Shown here: in pieces, positions 1-7,890 of the stretch
Numbering within the stretch: position 1 is the stretch's first letter
Layout of the letters: the number at the start of each line of letters is the position of its first letter
DNA from: Candidatus Saccharimonadota bacterium
Lineage (GTDB): Bacteria > Patescibacteriota > Saccharimonadia > Saccharimonadales > UBA4665
Assembly: GCA_028289245.1 (NCBI GenBank)
Contig: JAQGGT010000006.1
Location: 144,948-208,947 of the forward strand
Direction of reading: 5' to 3'
DNA: 64,000 bases
The notes under the pieces: model-generated
What the model saw: only the letters and a program-made list of their open reading frames with translations
Told to the model about the DNA's origin: nothing
Database searches by the model: none
Made by a program: the position numbers and the translations under genes

Positions 1-184
1 GATTGATCGACTCGATACGCTTCAGGTTATGGCGATAAACTCCAAAAACGGTGCCGGAAACGGCCAGCAGGCTGATGTTGCCGCCAAAGCCCGACCAAAA
101 GTTGTACATGTGCGTCGAAAACGAGTTATAAGTGTTGTTGACGCCGATGAAATCCAAAAACCAATGTATAAAATGTATATGCAT
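1..184 (-). CDS. hypothetical membrane protein, 5' part only (gene runs off the window start)
   Basis: The minus-strand frame is open from ATG (182-184) to position 1: MHIHFIHWFLDFIGVNNTYNSFSTHMYNFWSGFGGNISLLAVSGTVFGVYRHNLKRIESIN... TATACT (revcomp of 191-196) lies 6 nt upstream of the ATG. It is absent from the ORF track because it has no stop in the window. Confidence 0.35.
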   Translation of the reverse strand, partial: MHIHFIHWFLDFIGVNNTYNSFSTHMYNFWSGFGGNISLLAVSGTVFGVYRHNLKRIESIN

Positions 185-203
185 ACTCGCAGTATAGCAA
201 AAA

Positions 204-279
204 TGGTAGGGGTGCCTGGACTTGAACCAGGGACCAATCAGTTATGAGCCGACTGCTCTAACCACTGAGCTACACCCCC
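204..279 (-). tRNA. tRNA with anticodon CAU, elongator type. It is probably tRNA-Ile2 (read as Ile after lysidine modification), but tRNA-Met is not excluded.
   Basis: revcomp = GGGGGTGTAGCTCAGTGGTTAGAGCAGTCGGCTCATAACTGATTGGTCCCTGGTTCAAGTCCAGGCACCCCTACCA. It folds as a 7/4/5/5 cloverleaf with loop CTCATAA and an encoded CCA. The D-arm, variable loop TGGTC and T-loop TTCAAGT match my recollection of E. coli ileX. Confidence 0.9.
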
Positions 280-352
280 ATGTTAGCGCCAAGGCGGTAA
301 CAGGTATAAGTCTACCAGATTTGGCGCGAAGCTATATAATAAGAGTACGGCC

Positions 353-802
353 ATGAAAACCAAAATCGACGACCATTCCCAAAAACTCCTCGGCCACGCC
401 ATGCGGTTGCGTGATGTCCGTGTGCTCGGGCAGGTAGTATTTGCCGTGATTGTGTTGCTGATCAGCTGGAGCGGCGTCAAATCGATCCAGTCCAACTACG
501 CGCTACAGAAGCAGATCACCGGCTTGGCCCAGCAGAACGACTTGCAGGAGCTGGAGAACAAAAACCTCAAGCTGACCAACGATTATTATAAGAGCAACCA
601 ATATCTCGAGCTCCAGGCCCGCGAAAACTTCGGCCTGGCTGCGCCGGGCGAAAAGCTAGTCGTCGTGCCAAAGTCCGTGGCACTCGCCCGAACCGTCGCC
701 TTTAAGGACGCGCCCGCCACGCAACAAACCGTCAGCTCTCAAAAGCGCAGCAACTTCGAAGCCTGGGTTAATTTTTTCTTAAATCGTCGCAGCGACCGCT
801 AG
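353..802 (+). CDS. septum formation initiator family protein (FtsB/DivIC-like)
   Basis: 149 aa with a single N-terminal TM (VVFAVIVLLISW) followed by a coiled coil (LQKQITGLAQQNDLQELENKNLKL) and a conserved tail (YLELQARENFGLAAPGEKLVVVP). Confidence 0.75.
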   Translation: MKTKIDDHSQKLLGHAMRLRDVRVLGQVVFAVIVLLISWSGVKSIQSNYALQKQITGLAQQNDLQELENKNLKLTNDYYKSNQYLELQARENFGLAAPGEKLVVVPKSVALARTVAFKDAPATQQTVSSQKRSNFEAWVNFFLNRRSDR

Positions 803-957
803 CTGTCGAACCTAACTACCGCTTGGATTAACTCGGCCCCGTAGTTAATGGCCGTGCCGGAGGGAACCCAGCCATCTTTGATAGCGCTATTGACCTTGTG
901 CTCTAAGTCCAGGCGCGAATCGCTGGCTAATAGCTTATATTCTGAGACCATGTTCAT
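799..957 (-). CDS. small DUF1737-like protein (52 aa)
   Basis: Hand translation gives MNMVSEYKLLASDSRLDLEHKVNSAIKDGWVPSGTAINYGAELIQAVVRFDS. A strong SD, AAGGAGGA (revcomp of 961-970), precedes the ATG. The YKLL...L...VN..I..GW.P.G pattern resembles DUF1737. It is below the 60-aa ORF-track cutoff, and its stop overlaps the ftsB-like stop (CTAG). Confidence 0.55.
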   Translation of the reverse strand: MNMVSEYKLLASDSRLDLEHKVNSAIKDGWVPSGTAINYGAELIQAVVRFDS

Positions 958-1026
958 GGGTATCCTCCTTATGGTTACAGGCCCAGTATACGGTGCCGCG
1001 CCGGCCGGGCGCTGTACGGTCTTTTA

Positions 1027-1055
1027 TTGACGTGACCGAAGATGTTTGGTATAGT
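1027..1055 (+). promoter_or_regulatory. sigma70-type promoter upstream of the initiator tRNA
   Basis: TTGACG (1027-1032), a 17-nt spacer, then TATAGT (1050-1055), 36 nt before the tRNA 5' end. Confidence 0.5.
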
Positions 1056-1091
1056 TACCAAGTTCGATTCACCAAACGCCTCGGCGTATGA

Positions 1092-1166
1092 CGCGGGATG
1101 GAGCAGCGGCAGCTCGCGTGGCTCATAACCACGAGGTCCCAGGTTCGAGTCCTGGTCCCGCAACCA
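1092..1166 (+). tRNA. initiator tRNA-fMet (CAU)
   Basis: CGCGGGATGGAGCAGCGGCAGCTCGCGTGGCTCATAACCACGAGGTCCCAGGTTCGAGTCCTGGTCCCGCAACCA. It has the C1:A72 mismatch typical of bacterial initiators, G:C pairs at the base of the anticodon stem, and an encoded CCA. Confidence 0.9.
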
Positions 1167-1177
1167 AGTAGGATTTC

Positions 1178-1199
1178 AAAGGCACTTCGGTGCCTTTTT
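1178..1199 (+). terminator. intrinsic terminator after tRNA-fMet
   Basis: Hairpin aaaGGCAC-ttcg-GTGCCttttt, immediately 3' of the tRNA. Confidence 0.6.
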
Positions 1200-1518
1200 C
1201 TATGTCTAGGCATCTGTAAAGTGGGCTAATTTGTATGGTTCCAAACTTATGGTTGGCAGAGTCGTATACCAGCCCCTCTGGGAACAACATGTTTTGGAAC
1301 CTAAGCTGCAAGTCTATCTCTGATTGCTGCCACTGTTTATCGACGTTCGCCATGATGTTAATTGCAAGCTCTATGTCCGTCCTCTGTTATGAATTATAAA
1401 AAATGATAATGACGGTGGCACCAAAATGAATGCATCTAGACCTAGTACCTACATAAACTTAATGAATAGTTATATCTATGTTGCCTCCGTCGGGGGTGTC
1501 CAACCCTAGGCAGATAAT

Positions 1519-1968
1519 TTACTTTTTCGGATTACGAATATTGAGTGCACCATTGATAACTTCAATGAGCAGCGCAATGTAGAAAAACAAAATGGCAAGC
1601 ACTAACATGCCGAGAATGTCATTGAGAGTAATCTGTGTATGGAAAATATGTATAATCCTAGACTTATCAATCAGCGAGACCACTAGAACGTTTAGCCCTA
1701 GCAAGCCAGCCATTGCGTACAGGTTCTGCTTAATTTCTTTCCTAGGCTCGTCGAATACATTACGTCCAACTTTCTCCTCAATGTTTAAGAGGGAGCCTAT
1801 AAGAAAAGTTGCTGTGGCAAAGTTAAGTGCAAATACAGTCGCTAGCACACTTATCGAATCTGCTGTTGCATATTCAACTGGGAATCCAGATTTCATCATT
1901 GCACTAACAACGGTGACCATCACCGCTGAACACAATGAGACAAATACTACTCCAAGTCCTCTAAGCAT
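1519..1968 (-). CDS. small integral membrane protein (about 4 TM helices), unknown function
   Basis: 149 aa with hydrophobic segments VVFVSLCSAVMVTVVSAMM, ISVLATVFALNFATATFLIGSLL, LYAMAGLLGLNVLVVSLI and ILGMLVLAILFFYIALLIEVI. It overlaps the upstream ORF by 22 nt. Confidence 0.6.
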   Translation of the reverse strand: MLRGLGVVFVSLCSAVMVTVVSAMMKSGFPVEYATADSISVLATVFALNFATATFLIGSLLNIEEKVGRNVFDEPRKEIKQNLYAMAGLLGLNVLVVSLIDKSRIIHIFHTQITLNDILGMLVLAILFFYIALLIEVINGALNIRNPKK

Positions 1969-2816
1969 GAGAACAATCTATCACAAATAGTACGTGCCGT
2001 CTGCACATTATCAGTCTCTATAACAACCCTGGTATCAACGGTGGCAATCTGTGCGGTAACCTTGTTACGTTTCGCATCAACAATGCCTTCTTCCTGAACT
2101 TTGAGCTTGATATCACCAGCGCCGCCAGTTGCGTACTCAACAGCTTCATTAATAAAATTGCTAGTATTAGGTATTCGGAGGCTACCTTCTGGATTTTCGA
2201 TTGAAACTGTTGCTTTGGTGGCGTTAAATTGGTCTTTGATTTCACGCATGCTGTCGCTTAGCGCGGTATTCAGGCCAAGAAAGTTTGGGGCTGCTAAGTC
2301 AAAAGTTAATTTCTGAATACGTCCAGTCTTTGCACGTACTATATCCCAAAAGGATTCACGAGTTGTAACTGAGTTGATGATTAATTCGTAGCCGTCAAGC
2401 ACGTCTTTTATCCCAGAAACTTCCTCAGTGTATTTCTTGAGTTGGTTCATCGGTGACCTGAATATCTGGTCATTCTTTTGTACTGCTATCGTTTGGCCGA
2501 GCGGCTGGCTAGAACTTGTATTTATAATGACAAGAACATGCGGCCATTCCTCTTGAGTAATCGTCTCAAAACCTGTGGCTGGTGGCCCAGATAACTCTGC
2601 CTCTGACCTTTTACCAAGCGACGCGATAATGTAATCATCAACTCGTTTATGTACGACATAGGCAAGAGTGGCGCCTTGATATGTAAAAGTGAACGGTTCA
2701 TCTACGCTAAAAGCTTCTGCTACAATCTCATTTCTCGGACGTTCTTGCCTTAATAAACTTAGGATGTCGGCAAGCTCTACCGAAACTTTATAGAAGTTAA
2801 ACTTGGTATTGCTCAT
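1947..2816 (-). CDS. hypothetical soluble protein, no family recognised by eye
   Basis: A 289-aa uninterrupted ORF in an AT-rich tract with its own promoter-like elements. No catalytic or binding motifs were recognised. Confidence 0.65.
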   Translation of the reverse strand: MSNTKFNFYKVSVELADILSLLRQERPRNEIVAEAFSVDEPFTFTYQGATLAYVVHKRVDDYIIASLGKRSEAELSGPPATGFETITQEEWPHVLVIINTSSSQPLGQTIAVQKNDQIFRSPMNQLKKYTEEVSGIKDVLDGYELIINSVTTRESFWDIVRAKTGRIQKLTFDLAAPNFLGLNTALSDSMREIKDQFNATKATVSIENPEGSLRIPNTSNFINEAVEYATGGAGDIKLKVQEEGIVDAKRNKVTAQIATVDTRVVIETDNVQTARTICDRLFSCLEDLE

Positions 2817-2822
2817 TCCGCA

Positions 2823-2851
2823 AGTATGCTATTAGAAGCGTATACATGCAA
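2823..2851 (-). promoter_or_regulatory. promoter of the 289-aa/149-aa pair (leaderless-type)
   Basis: On the minus strand: TTGCAT (2846-2851), 17 nt, CATACT (2823-2828), 6 nt, then ATG (2814-2816). Confidence 0.4.
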
Positions 2852-3038
2852 GCGGGAGTTTATCTACCTGGTTCTAGTATTAGTAGCCAGAGGCTATAGT
2901 CACTGGTCGCCCCCTATTAATCGATAACCAGCGGCTCAACTCGCTACAGATAAGGTTCCATGCCGAATGCACGTACGCAACCATGTCCATGAAACATGAA
3001 AATACCTCGCACAGAGGTGTTTTTGCTATCATGGGAAC

Positions 3039-3878
3039 ATGATAACTGCATACACAGTCAGTGCGTTTACGGCTCATGGCAGTGGTGGTAATAAGGCGGG
3101 CGTTGTACTTGAAGCTGACGGACTGTCGGATGACCAGATGCTGGCAACTGCCAAAGAGCTAGCGTATTCAGAGACGGCATTCGTTAGTAAAAGTGCAGCT
3201 GCTACCTATAAGGTCCGTTTTTTTACGGTAACCGAAGAAGTAGATTTGTGTGGTCATGCCACGATTGCCACTTGGTCGCTTCTATTTAAAAGAGGTCTCA
3301 TTACAGAAGGGACGTACACGCAAGAAACGTTAGCGGGTAAATTGGGAATTATAGTGAGCGACGACGGCTCTGTTTTTATGCAGCAGACTGAGCCTAAGTT
3401 TTTAAACCAGGTAAGTCTTAAGGAAGTTATGCCGATTCTAAGAATTGAGGAAGGCAGCTTTGAGGTTAGTCTCCAACCTCAAATTGTATCCACCGGTCTG
3501 AAAGATTTGCTCGTACCTATTCGTAATAAAGAAATTCTTATGAATCTGCGACCCGATTTTGGTGAAATGAGTAGCCTGAGTAAAAGGTATGATATTACAG
3601 GTTTACATGTGTTTACGTTAGACGAGGAAAGCACCGCTATCGCACGTAATTTTGCTCCTTTAGTAGGCATCGACGAGGAATCGGCGACTGGTACATCGAA
3701 CGGGGCGCTACTTTGTTACCTTCAAGAGCACGGCAGATTAAAGCAGCAAGACGTATACCGCGTAGAGCAGGGCGAGAGTATGGGCCAGCTCTCAAATATT
3801 TTGGGCAGATTTATTGATGGACGGATATGGATAGGTGGACAAGCTAACTTGCTGACCGAAAAGCAGATTGCGGTTTAG
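3039..3878 (+). CDS. PhzF family isomerase (phenazine biosynthesis-like protein)
   Basis: The N-terminus VSAFTAHGSGGNKAGVVLEADGLSDDQMLATAKELAYSETAFV, then FFTVTEEVDLCGHATIA and ESATGTSNGALLCYL, are typical PhzF/YddE motifs. Confidence 0.85.
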   Translation: MITAYTVSAFTAHGSGGNKAGVVLEADGLSDDQMLATAKELAYSETAFVSKSAAATYKVRFFTVTEEVDLCGHATIATWSLLFKRGLITEGTYTQETLAGKLGIIVSDDGSVFMQQTEPKFLNQVSLKEVMPILRIEEGSFEVSLQPQIVSTGLKDLLVPIRNKEILMNLRPDFGEMSSLSKRYDITGLHVFTLDEESTAIARNFAPLVGIDEESATGTSNGALLCYLQEHGRLKQQDVYRVEQGESMGQLSNILGRFIDGRIWIGGQANLLTEKQIAV

Positions 3879-4022
3879 TTCGAGCCTTATATCCAGGTCC
3901 AAATCATACAGTTGGCCAACGCTCGATTCCACGAGGTAATTCGCTAGAAATGAGGTTCCCACAGATAGTAATTACACTTCGGGGTAGTAGGCCTAATTAC
4001 CCCTGTTTGATAAACTAATCCT

Positions 4023-4706
4023 ATGATTGAGGCCATAGTTATTGATTTAGATGGTACGCTCTGTATGACAGAAGCTGTGTCATTTGAGCTTGAAAATGAA
4101 ACGCTAAAGCACATAGGGCGTTCAGCCATGCCTCGAGACGTACATGTACAAACCTGGGGAAGACCTTTATTTGAAGCTATAGTAACTCGTTCACCCGGCG
4201 TAGATGTCGAGGCTTTCAAAACAGCGTACCATCCTCTAATAGAAGAATTTACCAGGTCCGGTAAATTAGATGCCATACCCAAAGAGAACTACGCCGCTTT
4301 AGACGAGTTTATACAACAAGGTAAGACGATAATGGTGCTAACTTCACGCACGCACACTGAGCTACGACACTTGCTTGAGCCCGACCACTTATTGGCCGCA
4401 CGAGTACAAGCGTTTTATTACCGAGATACTATGCAATACCACAAGCCTGACCCTCGGGCATTTGATGGTTTGCTTAAAGATACGGCTCTCCAACCTGCGC
4501 AGTGCGTGTATGTAGGGGATTCTGTTGGCGATGCTACAGCGGCTCACCAAGCAGGATTACATTTTATAGCTAGTTTAGAAAGTGGTCTTCGGCAAAGGCA
4601 AGACTTTCTTGGCCTAGAAGTAGATGCATTCGTGGAGAGGTTCCCTGATATAGTGCGCATTGTTGCTTCATTAGACGCTTCGAGTCCTGCTTCTAGGCCC
4701 ACATAA
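4023..4706 (+). CDS. HAD superfamily hydrolase
   Basis: Motif I is IVIDLDGTL, with LTSRT as motif II-like and YVGDSVGD as motif IV. Confidence 0.8.
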   Translation: MIEAIVIDLDGTLCMTEAVSFELENETLKHIGRSAMPRDVHVQTWGRPLFEAIVTRSPGVDVEAFKTAYHPLIEEFTRSGKLDAIPKENYAALDEFIQQGKTIMVLTSRTHTELRHLLEPDHLLAARVQAFYYRDTMQYHKPDPRAFDGLLKDTALQPAQCVYVGDSVGDATAAHQAGLHFIASLESGLRQRQDFLGLEVDAFVERFPDIVRIVASLDASSPASRPT

Positions 4707-4829
4707 CACTGCGTTACATCCAGGAGAATACTGCATCGTCTTTACGCTGTATCTCTCCAAAACGGTACTGTAAGAAGAGGTAGAGCAAGATTGCGTGTTT
4801 GAGCCAAATGCTTGTGCTATAGTACAAGC

Positions 4830-5007
4830 ACATTAACAATTAAGATTGCTGGAATCCGGTGAGAATCCGGAACAGTGCCGCTACGGTATCTTGCCTCGAG
4901 CAAGGAGTCCGACACAGCATGAAGCCCCACTATGGGGTTGTCTCGAGCAAGATTTTTGCGGGGTTAAACCGTGCAGACCTCTTTGTCTTGGGACAGAGAG
5001 GATTTTT
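4830..5007 (+). promoter_or_regulatory. cobalamin (B12) riboswitch candidate with an SD-sequestering/terminator hairpin
   Basis: GGAATCCGGTGAGAATCCGGAACAGTGCCGCTACGGTA (4851-4888) matches the conserved core GGGAAnCCGGTGnnAATCCGGnnCnGnCCCGCCACTGTA. A B12-box-like GGAGTCCGACACAGCA lies at 4904-4919. A 10-bp hairpin, CCTCTTTGTC-ttgg-GACAGAGAGG plus ATTTTT (4979-5007), ends at the ATG and buries the GAGAGGA SD. An extended -10, TGcTATAGT, is at 4815-4823. Confidence 0.6.
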
Positions 5008-5382
5008 ATGAGCCGAGTAGCTCAAGTTCTAAAAACAAAAGTAACGATCGTCGTTGCCGTGGTGGTAATCATTGGCGCGGGGGTAGGGGTCGTTGCGCAT
5101 AATCACGCTGGTACTGTAAAAACGGTTACCAACTCCCAGCGGCAACTGACGCAGATTAGTTATAATGGTAAAAAAGGTGTTACTGCCTATGCACTGTTGC
5201 AAAAATACGCCACCGTCCAGGCGAAACACTACTCGTTTGGTGATTTAGTTACTGCCGTGAACGGCGTAGCTGGCAATGGGCCGAAGTACTGGACATTTTA
5301 CGTCAATGGCAAACAGGCAAATGTTGGCGCCAGTGCCTACGTAACCAAAGACAGTGACAAAATTATGTGGAAGCTACAGTAG
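5008..5382 (+). CDS. DUF4430 (transcobalamin-like domain) protein with an N-terminal membrane anchor
   Basis: The TM anchor is VTIVVAVVVIIGAGVGVV, followed by GVTAYALLQKY...FGDLVTAVNGVAGNGPKYWTFYVNGKQANVGASAYVTKDSDKIMWKL, the typical DUF4430 pattern. The ORF-track start at 4846 is rejected because that stretch is the riboswitch. Confidence 0.7.
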   Translation: MSRVAQVLKTKVTIVVAVVVIIGAGVGVVAHNHAGTVKTVTNSQRQLTQISYNGKKGVTAYALLQKYATVQAKHYSFGDLVTAVNGVAGNGPKYWTFYVNGKQANVGASAYVTKDSDKIMWKLQ

Positions 5383-5387
5383 ATCTT

Positions 5388-5909
5388 ATGAAGGCGCACT
5401 ATTTCAGCACTGTACTGGCCGTTTGTTTAATTACTATCGGCGTTATGCTTCGTATCCTGCCGCACCCCGCAAACTTTGCGCCGATCACAGCTATTGCGCT
5501 ATTCGGCGGGGCAGTTTTGCCCAAAAAAGTAGCCGTGTGGGTGCCGTTAGTGGCCATGATGGTCTCTGATGCGTTCATCGGGTTTTACCAGCTCATGCCA
5601 CTCATATGGGCGTGCTATCTCTTGATTGCTCTTGCGAGCAGTCAGTGGTTAAGATCGGGTAATCTGTACACGGGTGTTACGCTTACTGCGGCAGCCTCGA
5701 TATTTTTCTTCGTCATTACCAACTTTGGCGTTTGGCTAACGAGTGGCATGTATAGCCATACGTGGTCGGGGCTGGTGAGTTGTTATACGCTCGCTTTGCC
5801 ATTCTTCCGCAACACCTTTTTGAGCGACGTCGTCTATACTGCTGTACTCTTTGGAGCCTACGCTCTTGCGACGCGAACGCATAACCGCAGGGTAGCCGTA
5901 CGGGCGTAG
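5388..5909 (+). CDS. polytopic membrane protein, putative B12-regulated transport component (ECF S-component-like / DUF6580-like)
   Basis: About 6 TM segments. The LPHPANFAPITAIALFGGA motif recalls the PNF(S/T)P family of putative vitamin transporters. It starts 6 nt after the DUF4430 stop (a GTG at 5367 is an alternative start). Confidence 0.55.
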   Translation: MKAHYFSTVLAVCLITIGVMLRILPHPANFAPITAIALFGGAVLPKKVAVWVPLVAMMVSDAFIGFYQLMPLIWACYLLIALASSQWLRSGNLYTGVTLTAAASIFFFVITNFGVWLTSGMYSHTWSGLVSCYTLALPFFRNTFLSDVVYTAVLFGAYALATRTHNRRVAVRA

Positions 5910-6098
5910 CTCTTCCGGCTTAACGGTAACTGTTCTAGACCCAGCACAACGTTAGTAGCCAAAGTATCAATCTTTGCAAAATAGTGTTATACTATAGGTA
6001 ACGACATCAATCAACAGAAGTTTCTGTAGGCCCAGCATTGGCTCCGAAATAAGCGCATCGACCTTACAGGTAAGCCATGAGGCAGAGACACGATATAC

Positions 6099-6587
6099 AT
6101 GTTAAGAACAACCAGAGGTAATACTATTAGTAATGAACAAAACGCCACACCCATGCAGGGGCTAGGTGAGTTTAAGCCATTAGTTAGTGACTATGCCCGT
6201 CGTCCGATAACTGAGGGATTTGATTGGCCGGCAATTACCAGGAATTTAAAGTCTACTCGTGTGCCGGCTGTCAGGTTTCCGCTCTATCTGGTGGTCTTTC
6301 GGTCTCAACTACTTGAGGGTGCCGACGTGGAGCGGCTGGCTGAGCGCGATTTGGGCGCCCACGAGGCTGCCCTGCGGTCGCCAGCTTTACTGCACTATTT
6401 CACCGGAGAAGCAGATGACCAGGGCTACAATTTATCATTTTGTATCTGGAGAGGTCAGATAGCCGCCAGAGAAGCATCGGCAACACCCGAACACGTAGCC
6501 GCCATGAGTGTCGCCGACGAAATGTATGCATCGTTTAGTCTTGAGAGACATGCGATTCATGACGACGATGAAATAGTACGTCTGTAA
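6099..6587 (+). CDS. hypothetical protein
   Basis: A 162-aa ORF with a TGtTATACT -10 about 110 nt upstream. No family was recognised with confidence. Confidence 0.5.
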   Translation: MLRTTRGNTISNEQNATPMQGLGEFKPLVSDYARRPITEGFDWPAITRNLKSTRVPAVRFPLYLVVFRSQLLEGADVERLAERDLGAHEAALRSPALLHYFTGEADDQGYNLSFCIWRGQIAAREASATPEHVAAMSVADEMYASFSLERHAIHDDDEIVRL

Positions 6588-6599
6588 TGACGCTTTGCC

Positions 6600-7649
6600 T
6601 TAGGCGATAGTAGCGACGTCGATGACAAAGCGGTAGCGGACGTCAGAGTTCACTACGCGCTCGTAGGCGTCGTCAATTTGGTCGGCCGAAATCACTTCGA
6701 TTTCGGCGCCTAGGCCATGCTCGGCACAGAAGCCGAGCATTTCCTGGGTTTCGCGGATGCCGCCGATTGCTGAACCAGCAAATGAACGGCGGTTGCCGAG
6801 CAGGTTGAAAACACCAACCGATAAGGGCTCCGGCGGTGCGCCGACGTTGACTAAGGCGCCGTTGACTCGCAGCAAGGATAGGAAGCTGTCGACGTCGACT
6901 TTGGCGCTGACCGTGTTGATGATCAGGTCAAAGCGCTTGGCGAGCTCCTTAAATGTTTCGGGGTCCTCAGTGGCGTAGTAGTGGTCGGCGCCGAGCTTCA
7001 GGCCGTCATCCTTTTTGTCTAGAGAACGCGACAGTACAGTGACTTCGGCTCCCATAGCGTGCCCCAGCTTAACGGCCATGTGACCAAGGCCGCCCAGCCC
7101 GATTACAGCCACCTTCTTGCCCGCACCAGCACCCCAGTGGCGCAGTGGTGAATACGTGGTGATGCCGGCGCACAGCAGCGGTGCGGCTACGTCAAGTTCT
7201 ATGCCTTCAGGGATCTTGAGGACAAAATCTTCGTCGACGACGATGTGCGTCGAATAGCCGCCCTGCGTGCGCGCACCGTCGCCGTATTTATTAATGCCAG
7301 CGTACGTGCCGGTGTTGCCGTTGAGGCAATACTGCTCCTCACCGGCCAGGCAGTTTTCACATGTACGGCAGGAGTTGACCATGCAGCCCACGCCGACGCG
7401 GTCACCAACTTTGTGCTTGGTAACTTCTGACCCGACTTCGGCAACGACGCCGGCAATTTCATGGCCGGGCACCAAGGGGTACTCGATCTCGCGCCATTCG
7501 CCGCGTGCCGTGTGAATGTCGGAATGGCAGATACCGGCGAATTTAATTTCAATTAAAACGTCCTTGGGGCCGATGTCGCGGCGCTCAATGGTAGTAGCCT
7601 TAAAGTTTTCGGTAGCTCCAAAAACGGCCCGTGCGTTTACTGTTTTCAT
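6600..7649 (-). CDS. NAD(P)-dependent zinc alcohol dehydrogenase (cinnamyl-alcohol dehydrogenase / YahK-like)
   Basis: GICHSDIH is the catalytic Zn site, GHEIAGVV follows, C..C..C......C ([15 protein letters not shown]) is the structural Zn site, and GLGGLGH is the Rossmann motif. Confidence 0.9.
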   Translation of the reverse strand: MKTVNARAVFGATENFKATTIERRDIGPKDVLIEIKFAGICHSDIHTARGEWREIEYPLVPGHEIAGVVAEVGSEVTKHKVGDRVGVGCMVNSCRTCENCLAGEEQYCLNGNTGTYAGINKYGDGARTQGGYSTHIVVDEDFVLKIPEGIELDVAAPLLCAGITTYSPLRHWGAGAGKKVAVIGLGGLGHMAVKLGHAMGAEVTVLSRSLDKKDDGLKLGADHYYATEDPETFKELAKRFDLIINTVSAKVDVDSFLSLLRVNGALVNVGAPPEPLSVGVFNLLGNRRSFAGSAIGGIRETQEMLGFCAEHGLGAEIEVISADQIDDAYERVVNSDVRYRFVIDVATIA

Positions 7650-7890
7650 ACTGATCTCCCCTGGAGTTATGCTAATTTATGATAGGTATCTTTAAGTCGT
7701 TTGGTCTGGTGCTAAAGCCGGGGGTTTTCTGGAAGTCCGTTGAGCTTGACGGCTTCCATGATGGAATAGCCCTGACGGGTAGAAACGTAAATACTCACAA
7801 CTCCTAGTCTAAGAACCTGCAGTACTTTAAGTCAACGGGATATGTTACACATCGCTATTTAGCTGTGGCAGTATACAAATAGTTGCCGCG

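Noticed and set aside
22-247. ORFs 22-237 (minus) and 29-247 (plus)
   Set aside because: Both run through the tRNA gene at 204-279. The real coding frame here is a different minus-strand frame, open to the window edge (1-184).
848-1030. 60-aa plus-strand ORF
   Set aside because: It has no SD or -10 context and overlaps the opposite-strand DUF1737-like ORF, which has a strong AAGGAGGA SD and family-like sequence.
1123-1353. 76-aa ORF as an intact gene
   Set aside because: It overlaps the tRNA-fMet gene by 44 nt and spans the terminator hairpin. It is treated only as a possible remnant.
4846-5007. N-terminal 54 codons of track ORF 4846-5382
   Set aside because: This stretch is the riboswitch-like leader and terminator hairpin. 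The protein sequence becomes family-like only from M55 (ATG 5008).
7711-7810. Short minus-strand ORF (VSIYVSTRQGYSIMEAVKLNGLPENPRL) between the ADH and PspC genes
   Set aside because: The only start candidates lie 0-2 nt from the AGGAG, which is too close. I recognised no family and saw no terminator or promoter. It may be a gene fragment but is unsupported.
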